From the NCBI GenBank assembly GCA_963663965.2, contig CAXXFK010000028.1, positions 192,001 through 256,000 on the forward strand: 64,000 nucleotides of DNA. Reading direction: 5' to 3'. This document shows, piece after piece, positions 50,857-61,663 of this stretch. Each line of letters opens with the position of its first letter. Positions within the stretch are counted from its first letter, which is position 1. The notes under the pieces are model-generated. The model searched no databases. It saw nothing but the letters and a program-made list of their open reading frames with translations, and had not been told where the DNA came from. A program made the translations under genes and the position numbers. This stretch comes from Sedimentisphaerales bacterium (GTDB taxonomy: Bacteria; Planctomycetota; Phycisphaerae; Sedimentisphaerales; SM23-30).

Positions 50857-51176
50857 GGATTCTATATGAAAAAATAAATGATTATTGTCTATGGGTTTAC
50901 GTTCAGGATATTCAGTCCCCTATTTGCTCGTTTTGGTCAATTATACCATCTTAGTAATATTGTATCATGCCTGACAGATCAGGTCAATCGAGGATTTGGT
51001 TGTCATTCAGGGATACGGATGGAACTTTACGCATATCTTTCCCTGAAAGAATAAATTCCCATCGGATAAAACCATTGCATAAACGGATTGGGGGCTTATA
51101 ATTATTGATGAGAAACAGCCTCTCGGTGGCTGAAAGGGTGTCTGTATTGCTCCAAATTGTACTGGAGAGTATTTCA

Positions 51177-52778
51177 ATGAAAAAAGCAATTACGATTCTT
51201 CTTGCCATGTTTTTAACTTCAGTCTGCTTGTCTAAGGCGCGCGGCGCTCAAGGGCCTTATCAGACAGAAACCTGGGTGGGCACTAATTATACGCCGGCTT
51301 ATTGTGTGAATCAGGTCCAGATGTGGCATGAGTTCCGGCCGGAGGTGATCGAGCGAGAGCTGGTCGCGGCCCGGAGATATTACGGCTTGACTACCTTGCG
51401 GGTCTATCTGCACAATCTGGTTTTTGATGCGGAAAAGGAATTACTGTTTGAACGCATGGACCGGTTTCTGGGTATTTGTGATCGAAATGGGATTAGACCG
51501 GGATTTACCTTTTTTGACGATTGTCACCGACATGAAGGGATCACGCTGGAGTCATTGCCCCCGGTAAAGGGATATCATAACGGGCGCTGGGCGGCCTGCC
51601 CGCAGGATCGGGAGCGAACGGAAGATAATTTTCCAAAATTTGAGCGTTATGTCAAAGAGACGATCGGTCGATTCCGCGATGACCCCCGGGTATTGTGGTG
51701 GGAGACGTTTAATGAGCCCAATCTGGCAAGAGCCGATACGCAAAAAATCTTAAAACTTGCCCGCGAAGCCGCCGAGGCTGCTGAGCCGACCCAGCCGATT
51801 ATCTGCTGCTGGGAAGATAATGAGTATACGGATATTGTCAACGTGCATAACTATACTGCGAATTTTTCCGCCTGGGCAAAAAAGACAGAGATGAATCTTC
51901 AGAAAGGGTGTGTGTTTACTGAGGCGGGCGCCCGGTGGTACGCACCACGAACCAGTAGCGGCGAACCGGTTGAAATTATTGACTGGCTCAGTCAACGCAA
52001 GCAATCCGGCCGATATGTTCCGGGCGTTTATCTCTGCTGGGAGTTGTTTGTCGGGAATTCCAATTGCCGCTGGTATTGGGGAACTCCGGAGGGCGCGCCC
52101 GAGCCGACAGTGCCCTGGTGTGGATTAATGTGGCCGGATGGTACGCCGGTTTCCTGGGCGGAAGCGGAAGCGATTTATCATTATACAACCGGTAAAAGCC
52201 GGGCGTTATTTTTTGATGATTTCCAGAAGATAGATTATCAGGAACGAATGTATCCGGGCTGGGATCTATTCAATGCCGCGAAGAATTCCAACGACAGTCG
52301 GGTCTTGAAGCTGGATGCGAATATGAAAATGATCACCGGTGATCCGGCCTGGGATAATTACCTGTTGGAAGCGGTTGTCATGCTCAAGGAGTCCAATGGC
52401 AATGCCGGATTGCTGTTCCGGGTGCAGGACGCTCAGGATGGCAAAGATAATCTGCATGGCTATTATGTTGGTTTTGACAGCAAGATTCTGTATTTTGGTA
52501 AGTTTGATAAAGGCTGGAAAGAGTTGGAACGGTTCGATCTGGGGACACTGGATTGCCAGGTCAAGCCGGATGTCTGGAATCTGATGCGTATTGAAGCGAA
52601 AGGGAACCGTTTCAAAATCTATTTTAATCGCATGCATCCGGTATCGGATGAAAATAACGGGCTTCGAATAGATTATACCGATACGGATCATCCGATTCCA
52701 AGAGGCAAAATAGGAGTCCGAACGCATAACTTAGATGCATGGTTTGATAATGTGGTGGTGATGCCTTTGGAAGACTGA
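51177..52778 (+). CDS. Clan GH-A (GH5-like) hydrolase with C-terminal DUF1080-like domain
   Basis: Signal peptide; NYTPAYCVNQVQMW, FNEP and FTEAG; C-terminal NAGLLFRV, WNLMRI and GKIGV. Confidence 0.75.
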   Translation: MKKAITILLAMFLTSVCLSKARGAQGPYQTETWVGTNYTPAYCVNQVQMWHEFRPEVIERELVAARRYYGLTTLRVYLHNLVFDAEKELLFERMDRFLGICDRNGIRPGFTFFDDCHRHEGITLESLPPVKGYHNGRWAACPQDRERTEDNFPKFERYVKETIGRFRDDPRVLWWETFNEPNLARADTQKILKLAREAAEAAEPTQPIICCWEDNEYTDIVNVHNYTANFSAWAKKTEMNLQKGCVFTEAGARWYAPRTSSGEPVEIIDWLSQRKQSGRYVPGVYLCWELFVGNSNCRWYWGTPEGAPEPTVPWCGLMWPDGTPVSWAEAEAIYHYTTGKSRALFFDDFQKIDYQERMYPGWDLFNAAKNSNDSRVLKLDANMKMITGDPAWDNYLLEAVVMLKESNGNAGLLFRVQDAQDGKDNLHGYYVGFDSKILYFGKFDKGWKELERFDLGTLDCQVKPDVWNLMRIEAKGNRFKIYFNRMHPVSDENNGLRIDYTDTDHPIPRGKIGVRTHNLDAWFDNVVVMPLED

Positions 52779-52845
52779 TCTTGTTTGAACTGGACATAGC
52801 AAAGGTATTTCGAGCAGTTTATTTTGTTATAAGGTGTAAAGTGGC

Positions 52846-54669
52846 ATGACAAATATGAAGTTGTTGTGGTTTAGTTTTCTTTTGTTATTGATTATTCCAG
52901 TGAAATTTACAATGGGGGATAAACCCCCCGTATCGACATCATCTGCAGACTCGTCGGTATGGGTGGGCAGAAAGCTTTTTCCCCAATTAACCGATGGTAT
53001 CTACAATGCTTCCGGGCGTCTGGTTTTGAATTGCCAGATTGCCCCTGATGGCCTGACGGTGACGGATACTGCCTGGTTTGAATACCGCCCTCCGGAGGGG
53101 AAAGGAAAACGGTGGAGTTTCAACCAGACGCCTTATTCTCATGAGCCACTGGTCAACTATCGCTTTGATGATCAATTCGCAGGATTACAGGTCACGATAA
53201 ACGTTGAGATTTATAATTTATCGAATATCTGGGAAGTGTCAGAAAGTTATCAGGAGATTTTGCAGCTTGGGGGAGAGGTCAAGGCGGATCTGCCGGACTG
53301 GTTCAAAGTTCCCCAGGATCGACTGTCGTATGATTTTGATGAAGGAGCGTGGTTTCCCTCAGGCTGGACTTTGCCGAAGGGGAAATATGCCTGCTGGGAA
53401 GGCGCCGCCAAATACCGGCAGAGCGATCGTAACGGCAGACACCCCATGCTGGATTTTGGTTTTACCCATGTCGCTGAAAACACCATTTCGGCTGGCGGTC
53501 ATATGCCTGACAAAAAGCATCAGTGCCGGGTGTTTGGCGATGCCGAATGGCTGGATATGTCGAGAGGAGGCGATTACCAGCTCTGGCACAATGATGGCTG
53601 GAAACATCGGGGCGAACGGATGGAGATTGTTATTCCCGACTTTGAAAACGCCGATCACTGGAAGTGGAACCAGCAGCAATTCGATCGATTTCGTGATCTG
53701 GTGGCCGATTTCAAACTGGCCAGACCAGACTGCCTGTTGGGATGTTGGGGAGTTGGGGTAGTCAATCATTCATTGCGGATATTTGATCATATCGACGCCA
53801 ATGGCCGGCCAACCGGCGTGGTCAATCTGGAGGCGGCGGAGCAGTGGGCCAATAAATATAAAAAACCTGAAGGTGAATTGAACCGGATATTCGATTATTG
53901 TGGATTAAACTTCGGCAATCCGAGCATCTATTGGCTTAATGGCGGCAACCCGGCTCATTTATATGCTGTCGTTCAGGAATGGGAAGTGGGCAAGATTGCC
54001 CGGCCTGAAATTGCCAATGTGATATCGACATGGATACAGACCGAGTTTGTCGATGGATATCCTCTTTCAACCTATCGTTTCAAGACTCCTGATGGGAACT
54101 TTCAATGGCGAGGGATCAAGCACCAGGCGCCTCCCTCGCTGGTTTATGCCCTGTCTTTGTTTGCCCATTGCCGGATGGATGGGGCCTACTGCTGGGAAAC
54201 CGGAACCATTTATTCGGAAGATGTCGCAGATGCGGGTGAACTCGGTGAAGGAGGCATGCAGATTCCGGTGCGACGCACTTTCCATGGCGTTGACAAGGAT
54301 ATATATTACTATATCAAATACTTTGGATTCTATAATTACCATGTACTGGGGATGTGGCAGGCCAGTCAGAATCAAGATATTATTAATGCCGATACCCAGT
54401 GGTTTATGCCGGAGTTGCACAGTTCAACGGGCAGCCTGTGGCGGACCGACCTGAATCGCTATCCCAGTTACTGTAATTATTACCACGAGCCGCTGGTCAG
54501 GGCGAAGTACAGTGAGGATAAAAGTGAACTGCTGGTCATTGCCTGCAATCCGTACAACCGTGCGATTCAGCAGGTTCGAATCCGGGAGCCCAATACCGAT
54601 CAAGAAGTAGTCTTTGAGTTGATTGGTGATTATCCGGTAATTAAGAGGTACAAGATCGAGCCGGACTAA
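52846..54669 (+). CDS. Secreted hypothetical protein, possible glycoside hydrolase
   Basis: Signal peptide; aromatic-rich; IVIPDFE motif; lies between GH genes. Confidence 0.55.
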   Translation: MTNMKLLWFSFLLLLIIPVKFTMGDKPPVSTSSADSSVWVGRKLFPQLTDGIYNASGRLVLNCQIAPDGLTVTDTAWFEYRPPEGKGKRWSFNQTPYSHEPLVNYRFDDQFAGLQVTINVEIYNLSNIWEVSESYQEILQLGGEVKADLPDWFKVPQDRLSYDFDEGAWFPSGWTLPKGKYACWEGAAKYRQSDRNGRHPMLDFGFTHVAENTISAGGHMPDKKHQCRVFGDAEWLDMSRGGDYQLWHNDGWKHRGERMEIVIPDFENADHWKWNQQQFDRFRDLVADFKLARPDCLLGCWGVGVVNHSLRIFDHIDANGRPTGVVNLEAAEQWANKYKKPEGELNRIFDYCGLNFGNPSIYWLNGGNPAHLYAVVQEWEVGKIARPEIANVISTWIQTEFVDGYPLSTYRFKTPDGNFQWRGIKHQAPPSLVYALSLFAHCRMDGAYCWETGTIYSEDVADAGELGEGGMQIPVRRTFHGVDKDIYYYIKYFGFYNYHVLGMWQASQNQDIINADTQWFMPELHSSTGSLWRTDLNRYPSYCNYYHEPLVRAKYSEDKSELLVIACNPYNRAIQQVRIREPNTDQEVVFELIGDYPVIKRYKIEPD

Positions 54670-54976
54670 ATTGTTCGAAACAGTCAGGAGTGGGTTATAA
54701 GTATTTCTTCCGGTCAGATGACTCAAGCTGATAAGCGTCATCGACAGAATGGCTTTTTAGTTGGATTAGAAAAATCATACGGGAATTTAGGCGTCTCCAT
54801 TCTCTCTGAAGATGTTTTAATGTGAATTGAAGCAGAAATCAACAGAACTGAATATCCTTGACCTGTCCGTGGACTTTTAGTAAAACAAGGTTAAGTGATT
54901 AGGTGAAATGGTGCTTTCCATACGTGAAGATAGAATTTCTAATGACATGATATTGCTGAGAATAACGGGTAAAGAA

Positions 54977-56617
54977 ATGAAAAAGTGTATTGTACTATTC
55001 TTTTGGGTTGGCATGGGAATCTCATCCATCCTTTTTGCTGAATCGGTCACCCTGGAAACATTGCTGGAAGAGATGGTTGATCGGGCGGAGCTGACCAGGA
55101 TGCCTGATCCGGGGTATCTGGCCAAAGCGGCAACCAGCTATGATCGGGCTTCACAGGTCAACAATCCTGCTGATGGGCTGTATATAGAGAAGCAGGGGCG
55201 TGACTGGGGCAAGGGTTGGTTTGCCAATCGTGACTTTGGTCAGTTTGTCAGGGTTGAAAAGAATGAAGGCCGTACTGAAAATGTTTTGATGGAGGATGAC
55301 GGACCGGGCGCGATCGTGCGCTGGTGGGCCACGGCTAATAACAACGGTATGATTCGGATTTATCTGGATGGCTCGAACCAACCCACCATTATGATGAAGC
55401 CCGCCGAACTCGTCGGTGGTGAGGGTCTGGTTTCCTATCCATTCTCATTAAGGGCATCGGATGATCAGACCAATCCTGCCTGGCGGGGGCACAACCTTTA
55501 TCTGCCCATCCCATACCAGAATGGTTGCAAAATAACCTGGGAAGGCGGAGGCTCCTATTATCAGATCGGCTATCGAAAGTATGCCCCCGGTACGCAGGTC
55601 AGGACATTTACCATGGAACAACTCAAGCAGGCCGAAGGTCTTATAAAGCAGGTTGCCGAAAAACTGACCAGCGGAAATCCTGCTGTTTCAGGTGAAGTGG
55701 TTCGTTGCGAAGAAACCCTGCTGGCGCCGGAAAAATCAGTTGCCATAACATTGAGTGGACCTAAAGCTATCACCCGATTGCTTATCCAGCTTCAGGCGGA
55801 GGATTACCAGCAGGCGTTACGATCAACCGTAGTCAGCATTGCATTTGATGACAAACAGACTGTCTGGATTCCGGTGGGTTCATTGGTGGGGGTCGGCTAT
55901 AGCGATGAAAAAAATGATACCTTTTATGTCAAAGCCAACAACGAAACGGGTACGCTTACAACTTACTATATCATGCCATTCCAGAAATCAGCGGTGGTGA
56001 CAGTGACCAATTATGGTGATCAACCGGTCTCGTTGAAGCGATTTGAGGCGACAGTAGATGATTACAACTGGGATGATCGCAGTCGGTATTTTAATGCCAC
56101 CTGGTTCGAGTTGCGTAATATCAGCACGATCAATCGAAGTGATCTGAATTACGTTACTGTCCTGGGCTCGGGGCGTTATGTGGGCACTTCCATAACCGTT
56201 TTCAATACCTGTACATTGCCCAATAATCAAACCTGGTGGGGGGAGGGGGATGACAAAGTTTATGTGAATGGCGAGCGTTTCCCTTCCATATTTGGTACCG
56301 GTACGGAAGATTACTTTGGGTACGCCTATTGCCGGCCCCAGCGGTTCTATACCCCCTTTAATTCTCAGCCACGGGGTGAAGGTAACAAGAAATGGGGCTA
56401 TTCGAACAACAATCGCTATCATCTGCTGGATGATATCCCATTTACCGAATCCATTCAATTTGATATGGAAATCTGGCATCCATTTCGAAAGAACATGAAT
56501 TATGCCGTCGCGACGTTCTTTTATGCAAACTTTGATGCGAACCAAAGCGTCATTCCCCATATCGCCTCGGTCAGACACAAAGTCGCCTTACATCGTGATG
56601 ATGTGCTGGATAAATAA
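54977..56617 (+). CDS. GH172/DUF2961-like glycoside hydrolase
   Basis: GPGAIVRWW, WWGEGD and FGTGTEDYFG; signal peptide. Confidence 0.85.
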   Translation: MKKCIVLFFWVGMGISSILFAESVTLETLLEEMVDRAELTRMPDPGYLAKAATSYDRASQVNNPADGLYIEKQGRDWGKGWFANRDFGQFVRVEKNEGRTENVLMEDDGPGAIVRWWATANNNGMIRIYLDGSNQPTIMMKPAELVGGEGLVSYPFSLRASDDQTNPAWRGHNLYLPIPYQNGCKITWEGGGSYYQIGYRKYAPGTQVRTFTMEQLKQAEGLIKQVAEKLTSGNPAVSGEVVRCEETLLAPEKSVAITLSGPKAITRLLIQLQAEDYQQALRSTVVSIAFDDKQTVWIPVGSLVGVGYSDEKNDTFYVKANNETGTLTTYYIMPFQKSAVVTVTNYGDQPVSLKRFEATVDDYNWDDRSRYFNATWFELRNISTINRSDLNYVTVLGSGRYVGTSITVFNTCTLPNNQTWWGEGDDKVYVNGERFPSIFGTGTEDYFGYAYCRPQRFYTPFNSQPRGEGNKKWGYSNNNRYHLLDDIPFTESIQFDMEIWHPFRKNMNYAVATFFYANFDANQSVIPHIASVRHKVALHRDDVLDK

Positions 56618-56845
56618 GCGGGCATAACCGCTTGATATAAATACTGAATGACATTATCTGTTGATATAATCAACTAGGTCAGAGGTATTCTTTTTAAGGC
56701 TACTGCTTATTTGAAATTCATGCAAGAAACTACCTGTCCGGTACGTATATTTATGGAATTGAAAGGGAAACGGAGCTTGATGTATAACTTATTTTTCTCT
56801 GCAAAGGTGTATATTAAAAAATATCGATGATGTCAGGATAAATTT

Positions 56846-59800
56846 ATGTTTAGTCACTATTTCAATGGAAGTTTCCAGTTTATTCAGCACTGTTATTGTA
56901 AGAAGTTATTCCTGATGATGCTATGCATGATTGTCGGCTCAGGAATATCAGTAGCGCAAGGGACTGAATGGGCCGATGATTTCTCCTCGTACGCGGATGG
57001 CTCAGCGGGCGATCCGCGCTGGCTGGCTGGATCGATCGATTGGGAGATGAAGCAGGGCGGATACCAGTGTGGCGGATTAATCGATTCCTTCAGTATGGCC
57101 GATGGAAGTTCAAACTACCGGGAACTGGAGATCGAAGCGGTCGTTACGGTGCTTGAGCCTGCCCAACAAGATACCTGGCGGATAGCCGGCGTGGCCATTT
57201 ATAATAATGCGCAGGATTTCTGGCATTTTGCCCTGGTGGAGTCGCCCTCTGACAAAAATAAACGGCATTTTCTGGAACTGTCGGAAAAACGGGGGAATAT
57301 CTGGCTGGCTCAGAACAATCTTACTGTAACCACATCGGAACACATGGATTATAATTGGCAATATGATCAGCCCTATCGTTTACGGGTGAAGATGACACCG
57401 GCGGGGATAGAAGGACGCCTGTCCGACTTGAACGGGAAACTATTGGCCCGGCAGGCCTATGCTTTTAACGATAGCGCCGTGACTTCCGGGCGGCCGGCTT
57501 TGCGTGGCAATGCGCTGAAGATAAGCTTTGATGATGTCAAGGTGAATGGCGATGCACCTGTGCCGCTACGTGAAAAACCGGTTTTGCCGGCGTTTGCGAT
57601 TAAAACCTGGGATGGGATCCAGCGGCCGCCCACCGGATTTTTTCATGTGGAAAAAGTGGGAGCTCGGTGGTGGTGTATCGCTCCGGATGGCCGGGGATTT
57701 TATGCAGTCGGGACGGATCATTGTAATTTTAACGGCCATTGGTGTGAACAGCTGGGATATGCGCCCTATGGTCGTAATAATCGACAAACCTATGCTTCCG
57801 CAGACAGATGGTCCGAACAGACAGCCGAACGATTGAAAGACTGGGGTTTCAACCTGGTGGCCGCCGGTCATAGTGAGGAGCTGCGATACCGGGGATTGGC
57901 GCATACCTTGTGGCTGGGGGTGGGCGCTGAGTTTTCGGCGATCAGCGATATCGTGCCCAAAGTCCATTGGACCGGACTGCCTAACGTTTTCGATCCGCGC
58001 TTCGCCGCTTTTTGCAAGATTAAGGCGCGGCAGAAGCTGGCTGATCATGTGGATGATCCCTGGGTATTTGGGATCTTCATCGACAATGAACTGGAGTGGT
58101 ATGGTAAAAACTATAGTCTGGGCGGGGTCTTCGATGAAGCGATGAAAAAAGATGCGGATCATACCGCAAAAATCGCATTGGTTGACATGCTGCGATCCAG
58201 ATATACCAACATCCAGCGTCTGAATAAGAGCTGGGGAACCGGTTTTGCCGATTTCGATGCGATTTTACCGGCCAGTCATATTGACGCTCCCGCACTGGAT
58301 AACGAACTGGCGGCTGACAAACTGGCCTATCTGGCGCTGGTCGCGGAAAAGTATTTTGCGATTACTACCGCGGCCATTCGAGAAATCGATTCCCATCATA
58401 TGATTCTCGGCAGTCGCTTTGCCGGTAACGCGCCCGAGCCGTGCTGGCATGCCGCCGGCAGGCATTGCGATATTGTCTCGGTCAACCAATATCCCTTTAT
58501 CGATCTGGAGACCGGCCGGTTGCCTCAGGCGGTCAGTGATCTGGTGAAATTTTCGCAATGGACCCATCGGCCGCTCATGTTGACGGAATGGTCGTTCCCT
58601 GCCCTGGATAGCGGGTTGCCTTGCAGGCATGGGGCGGGAATGCGGGTTCAGACCCAGCAGCAGCGCAGCCAGGCATTTACCATCTATCAATCCACCCTGT
58701 TTGGCCTGCCGTTTATGGTCGGATCCGATTTTTTCATGTGGGTGGATGAGCCGGCGCTGGGAATCAGTTCAACCTTTCCGGAGGACAGCAATTATGGTCT
58801 GGTTAATGAAGAGGACCGGCCTTATGCCGAGCTGACCCAAGCGGCTTCTCAATTAAATCCGAAAGTATATGAAATCCATCAAAAAGCTGCGGATCCGGAT
58901 CTGGCGGATAGTTCTGTTACCCCCATTTCATATCAACCTGGAATTGCCTGGCCCGCCAATCTCCCCGCGCGAGCTTTTCGTTATCCCATAATAGTTTCCA
59001 ACCATACGAATCGGGAAGTTACCAGCGGCATTGTCAGTTTTACCCTGGATGAAGTGGATGCCGATTTGGACTGGTCGGGTATCGCGGCAGACTCACTTTG
59101 TCTTAAAGATGCCCAAGATCAGGATGTGCTCTGGCAGTTGGATCGCTTTGGCGATCGATTAGACCGGTATGATGAAATCTGTTTTGAGGTATCTCATCTG
59201 AAAGCCCAAAAGAGCCGTCCGTATTATTTGTATATCCATCGAGCTTCCAATCTGACCAGAACGCAAGCGGCGGTAAATTGCCGGGAATTTGAGAACGGCT
59301 TTGAAATCGCCAATAACATGATCCGGCTGGTAAAGAATGAGCCGGATGGCGATTTTGTGGATGCGTGCTATTACCAGGGTATGTTGTTAGGCCGCTATAA
59401 TCCGATGGTACATCAGAACCAGGGCCAGAACTTCTGGACGCATGCCAGTCAGTTTATCGATTGCCAGATCAGCCGGGGGCCGCTGCGCGTGTTGGTTCAT
59501 CTTCGCGCGCAGGGAGGAGATGAAAGCACCATCGGTTCCATCAAAGGATTATCGGATAAACCATTGGCATTTCAGATAGAGCACCGGCTGGCCGTCTATC
59601 CGGATATGCCGTGGTTCGATGCCCGCTTTGTTCGTCTTACCAACCAGTCCGGTGCTGAAATGAAATTATGCGACGGCTTCTTTTACATTGTGCCCTCAAT
59701 TAATGGCGATACGAATGATGATACCTTAATTCCTGAGGCGCCGAATTATTATCTCAGGAACTTTAATCTATGGCGGGACCCGACCGGTTATGAATATGGA

Positions 59801-60064
59801 GCGCTGGCATTGGGAGATACCAGTTTGAAGGTTCAGTTCTATATCAACCCACAGGGAGGCAAGCATCCAGACGCCATGCTGCGTTTTGATCCGCCGATGA
59901 TAATTGTCCCCTTGCAAAATTATAAACAATTTGACAGCCCGCCGCTTCATATTATTGGCTATCGCGAAGAGGATCCAAAAACAATATTACCCCAGCCACT
60001 CATGGATACAATCAAGCAGAAATATGCAGCGCAGGTTCAGTTTTTCGAAGCTGAAAAAAGGTGA
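56846..60064 (+). CDS. GH50/beta-agarase-like multidomain hydrolase
   Basis: GFFHVEKVGARWW, RLKDWGFN, FIDNEL, LMLTEWSF and EDSNYGLV; N-terminal beta-sandwich domain. Confidence 0.75.
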   Translation: MFSHYFNGSFQFIQHCYCKKLFLMMLCMIVGSGISVAQGTEWADDFSSYADGSAGDPRWLAGSIDWEMKQGGYQCGGLIDSFSMADGSSNYRELEIEAVVTVLEPAQQDTWRIAGVAIYNNAQDFWHFALVESPSDKNKRHFLELSEKRGNIWLAQNNLTVTTSEHMDYNWQYDQPYRLRVKMTPAGIEGRLSDLNGKLLARQAYAFNDSAVTSGRPALRGNALKISFDDVKVNGDAPVPLREKPVLPAFAIKTWDGIQRPPTGFFHVEKVGARWWCIAPDGRGFYAVGTDHCNFNGHWCEQLGYAPYGRNNRQTYASADRWSEQTAERLKDWGFNLVAAGHSEELRYRGLAHTLWLGVGAEFSAISDIVPKVHWTGLPNVFDPRFAAFCKIKARQKLADHVDDPWVFGIFIDNELEWYGKNYSLGGVFDEAMKKDADHTAKIALVDMLRSRYTNIQRLNKSWGTGFADFDAILPASHIDAPALDNELAADKLAYLALVAEKYFAITTAAIREIDSHHMILGSRFAGNAPEPCWHAAGRHCDIVSVNQYPFIDLETGRLPQAVSDLVKFSQWTHRPLMLTEWSFPALDSGLPCRHGAGMRVQTQQQRSQAFTIYQSTLFGLPFMVGSDFFMWVDEPALGISSTFPEDSNYGLVNEEDRPYAELTQAASQLNPKVYEIHQKAADPDLADSSVTPISYQPGIAWPANLPARAFRYPIIVSNHTNREVTSGIVSFTLDEVDADLDWSGIAADSLCLKDAQDQDVLWQLDRFGDRLDRYDEICFEVSHLKAQKSRPYYLYIHRASNLTRTQAAVNCREFENGFEIANNMIRLVKNEPDGDFVDACYYQGMLLGRYNPMVHQNQGQNFWTHASQFIDCQISRGPLRVLVHLRAQGGDESTIGSIKGLSDKPLAFQIEHRLAVYPDMPWFDARFVRLTNQSGAEMKLCDGFFYIVPSINGDTNDDTLIPEAPNYYLRNFNLWRDPTGYEYGALALGDTSLKVQFYINPQGGKHPDAMLRFDPPMIIVPLQNYKQFDSPPLHIIGYREEDPKTILPQPLMDTIKQKYAAQVQFFEAEKR

Positions 60065-60118
60065 CAAGAAAAAATTGTAATTCTGTTGAAATGATAAAGG
60101 ATTAAATATCAATCAAGG

Positions 60119-61465
60119 TTACTCTGGAACCACTTTCTGGGTTTCAAGTGTTTTTTTGCCAGAATCGAAATCTTTGGTAATGGTCGCCTGATCGTAAAGG
60201 TTGCCATCGGCAGTATAAGCCCGATAGGTCAATTGATTATCGACGACATCGATCACCTGAAAAAATTGTTTCTGGACATCGGTCTGGTCCGGTTCGTATC
60301 CATCCACTTGATAGCTTTCAAGTTGTTCCGGCGAAAGTTCATACATCTTCGTTCCGCTGACCGAAGTGACATACATGGTTTGAAATGAATCTCCGTAGTT
60401 GCCGTCGGCCGAGCGCAGCGGCACATGGCCGCGGGCATAGGTGTGGTCGTGCCCCTGAAGCACCAGATCCACCCCGTATTGATCCAGCAGCGGTTTCCAT
60501 GCCTTGCGGGCGTAAGGAAAGTCTCGATCTTTGGCCGGGGAGAAAATGGAATAATGGCAGGTGACCACCTTCCACCTGGCGCCGGGACGCTTCAGTTGCT
60601 GTTCCAGATAGATGGTCTGGGTTTCGGTCTCCAACATGGAATTGAGTACAATAACGCGCAGTCCCTGGTAGTCAACCGTATAGACGGTTTCCTGGAGATC
60701 TTCAGGCAGCGTTGGCGCCGGCGGCAGGGTAAATTGAGGACGCCACAATAATGAGATTGCCTTTTTTGGTAATAAACCCAGACTGGCAATTTCATGATTG
60801 CCAAGCACTGGAATGCCGGTCCACTGGGCATGGATCCAGCCGCCCGCTTTGAACCACTGGGCCCATTCCTGGTCTCGATGCGCGTGATTTATCAGGTCGC
60901 CGGCGTGAATAGCAAAGGCGGCGTTGGGCGCTTTTTGATAAGCCATCCGGATAACGCGCGACCAATGGCTCAGGAGGTCATTCTGGGCGTCGCCAAAATA
61001 CACAAAACGGAATGGTTCCGGCTGGTCGGCGGCGGTTTTGAACTGGATCCATTCCGACCAGTATTCCTCGCCATCACCCACCCGATAAGCATATAAGGTG
61101 TCCGGTTTCAAATCATTAAAAATAGCAGAGTGGTAATTGACCTTGCCCTGGATGTTGCCGGTCGCTTTGTTCAGATCAATGGTTTCCGTATGGGCCTTGA
61201 CCGTGTCGGCGGATCGATCAAATTTGGGATTGGGCGTTGATCTGGTGATCTGGGCCACTGACTGAGAAATACTGGTGTCTGTCCGCCATGTTACCGCGCG
61301 CGATGTGGAAGCATCGCCGTAAAATGATAAAAAAATACGGTCAGGGTCGGGACTGGCAGCCTCCCAGTGGCGCAGGTGCTCGTTAGATTCATGGCCCAGG
61401 GCCAGTGACGCACAAAGGAGTATCCATAACTTGATGGATAGGAGTCTGACAATATGGCTATTCAT
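60119..61465 (-). CDS. Purple-acid-phosphatase-like metallophosphoesterase
   Basis: GDAQ, HAGD, GNHE and GHDH motifs; FN3-like N-terminus; signal peptide. Confidence 0.9.
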   Translation of the reverse strand: MNSHIVRLLSIKLWILLCASLALGHESNEHLRHWEAASPDPDRIFLSFYGDASTSRAVTWRTDTSISQSVAQITRSTPNPKFDRSADTVKAHTETIDLNKATGNIQGKVNYHSAIFNDLKPDTLYAYRVGDGEEYWSEWIQFKTAADQPEPFRFVYFGDAQNDLLSHWSRVIRMAYQKAPNAAFAIHAGDLINHAHRDQEWAQWFKAGGWIHAQWTGIPVLGNHEIASLGLLPKKAISLLWRPQFTLPPAPTLPEDLQETVYTVDYQGLRVIVLNSMLETETQTIYLEQQLKRPGARWKVVTCHYSIFSPAKDRDFPYARKAWKPLLDQYGVDLVLQGHDHTYARGHVPLRSADGNYGDSFQTMYVTSVSGTKMYELSPEQLESYQVDGYEPDQTDVQKQFFQVIDVVDNQLTYRAYTADGNLYDQATITKDFDSGKKTLETQKVVPE

Positions 61466-61663
61466 GATGTTGTATCCTGATTTTTCTTGATAACAAGAGC
61501 ATAAATATTAAATGATATGCATAAAATAACGTATCGGCAGGGAAAAAATTGCTCAATAACCAAAATGTGCAGCTATTCACTTATGGCTTGGCAGTTTATC
61601 TAAAATATCCGTGACCATTTTTTATAAAAAAATCCAGTAATCAGACAATTGGAAGTTTAAAAC

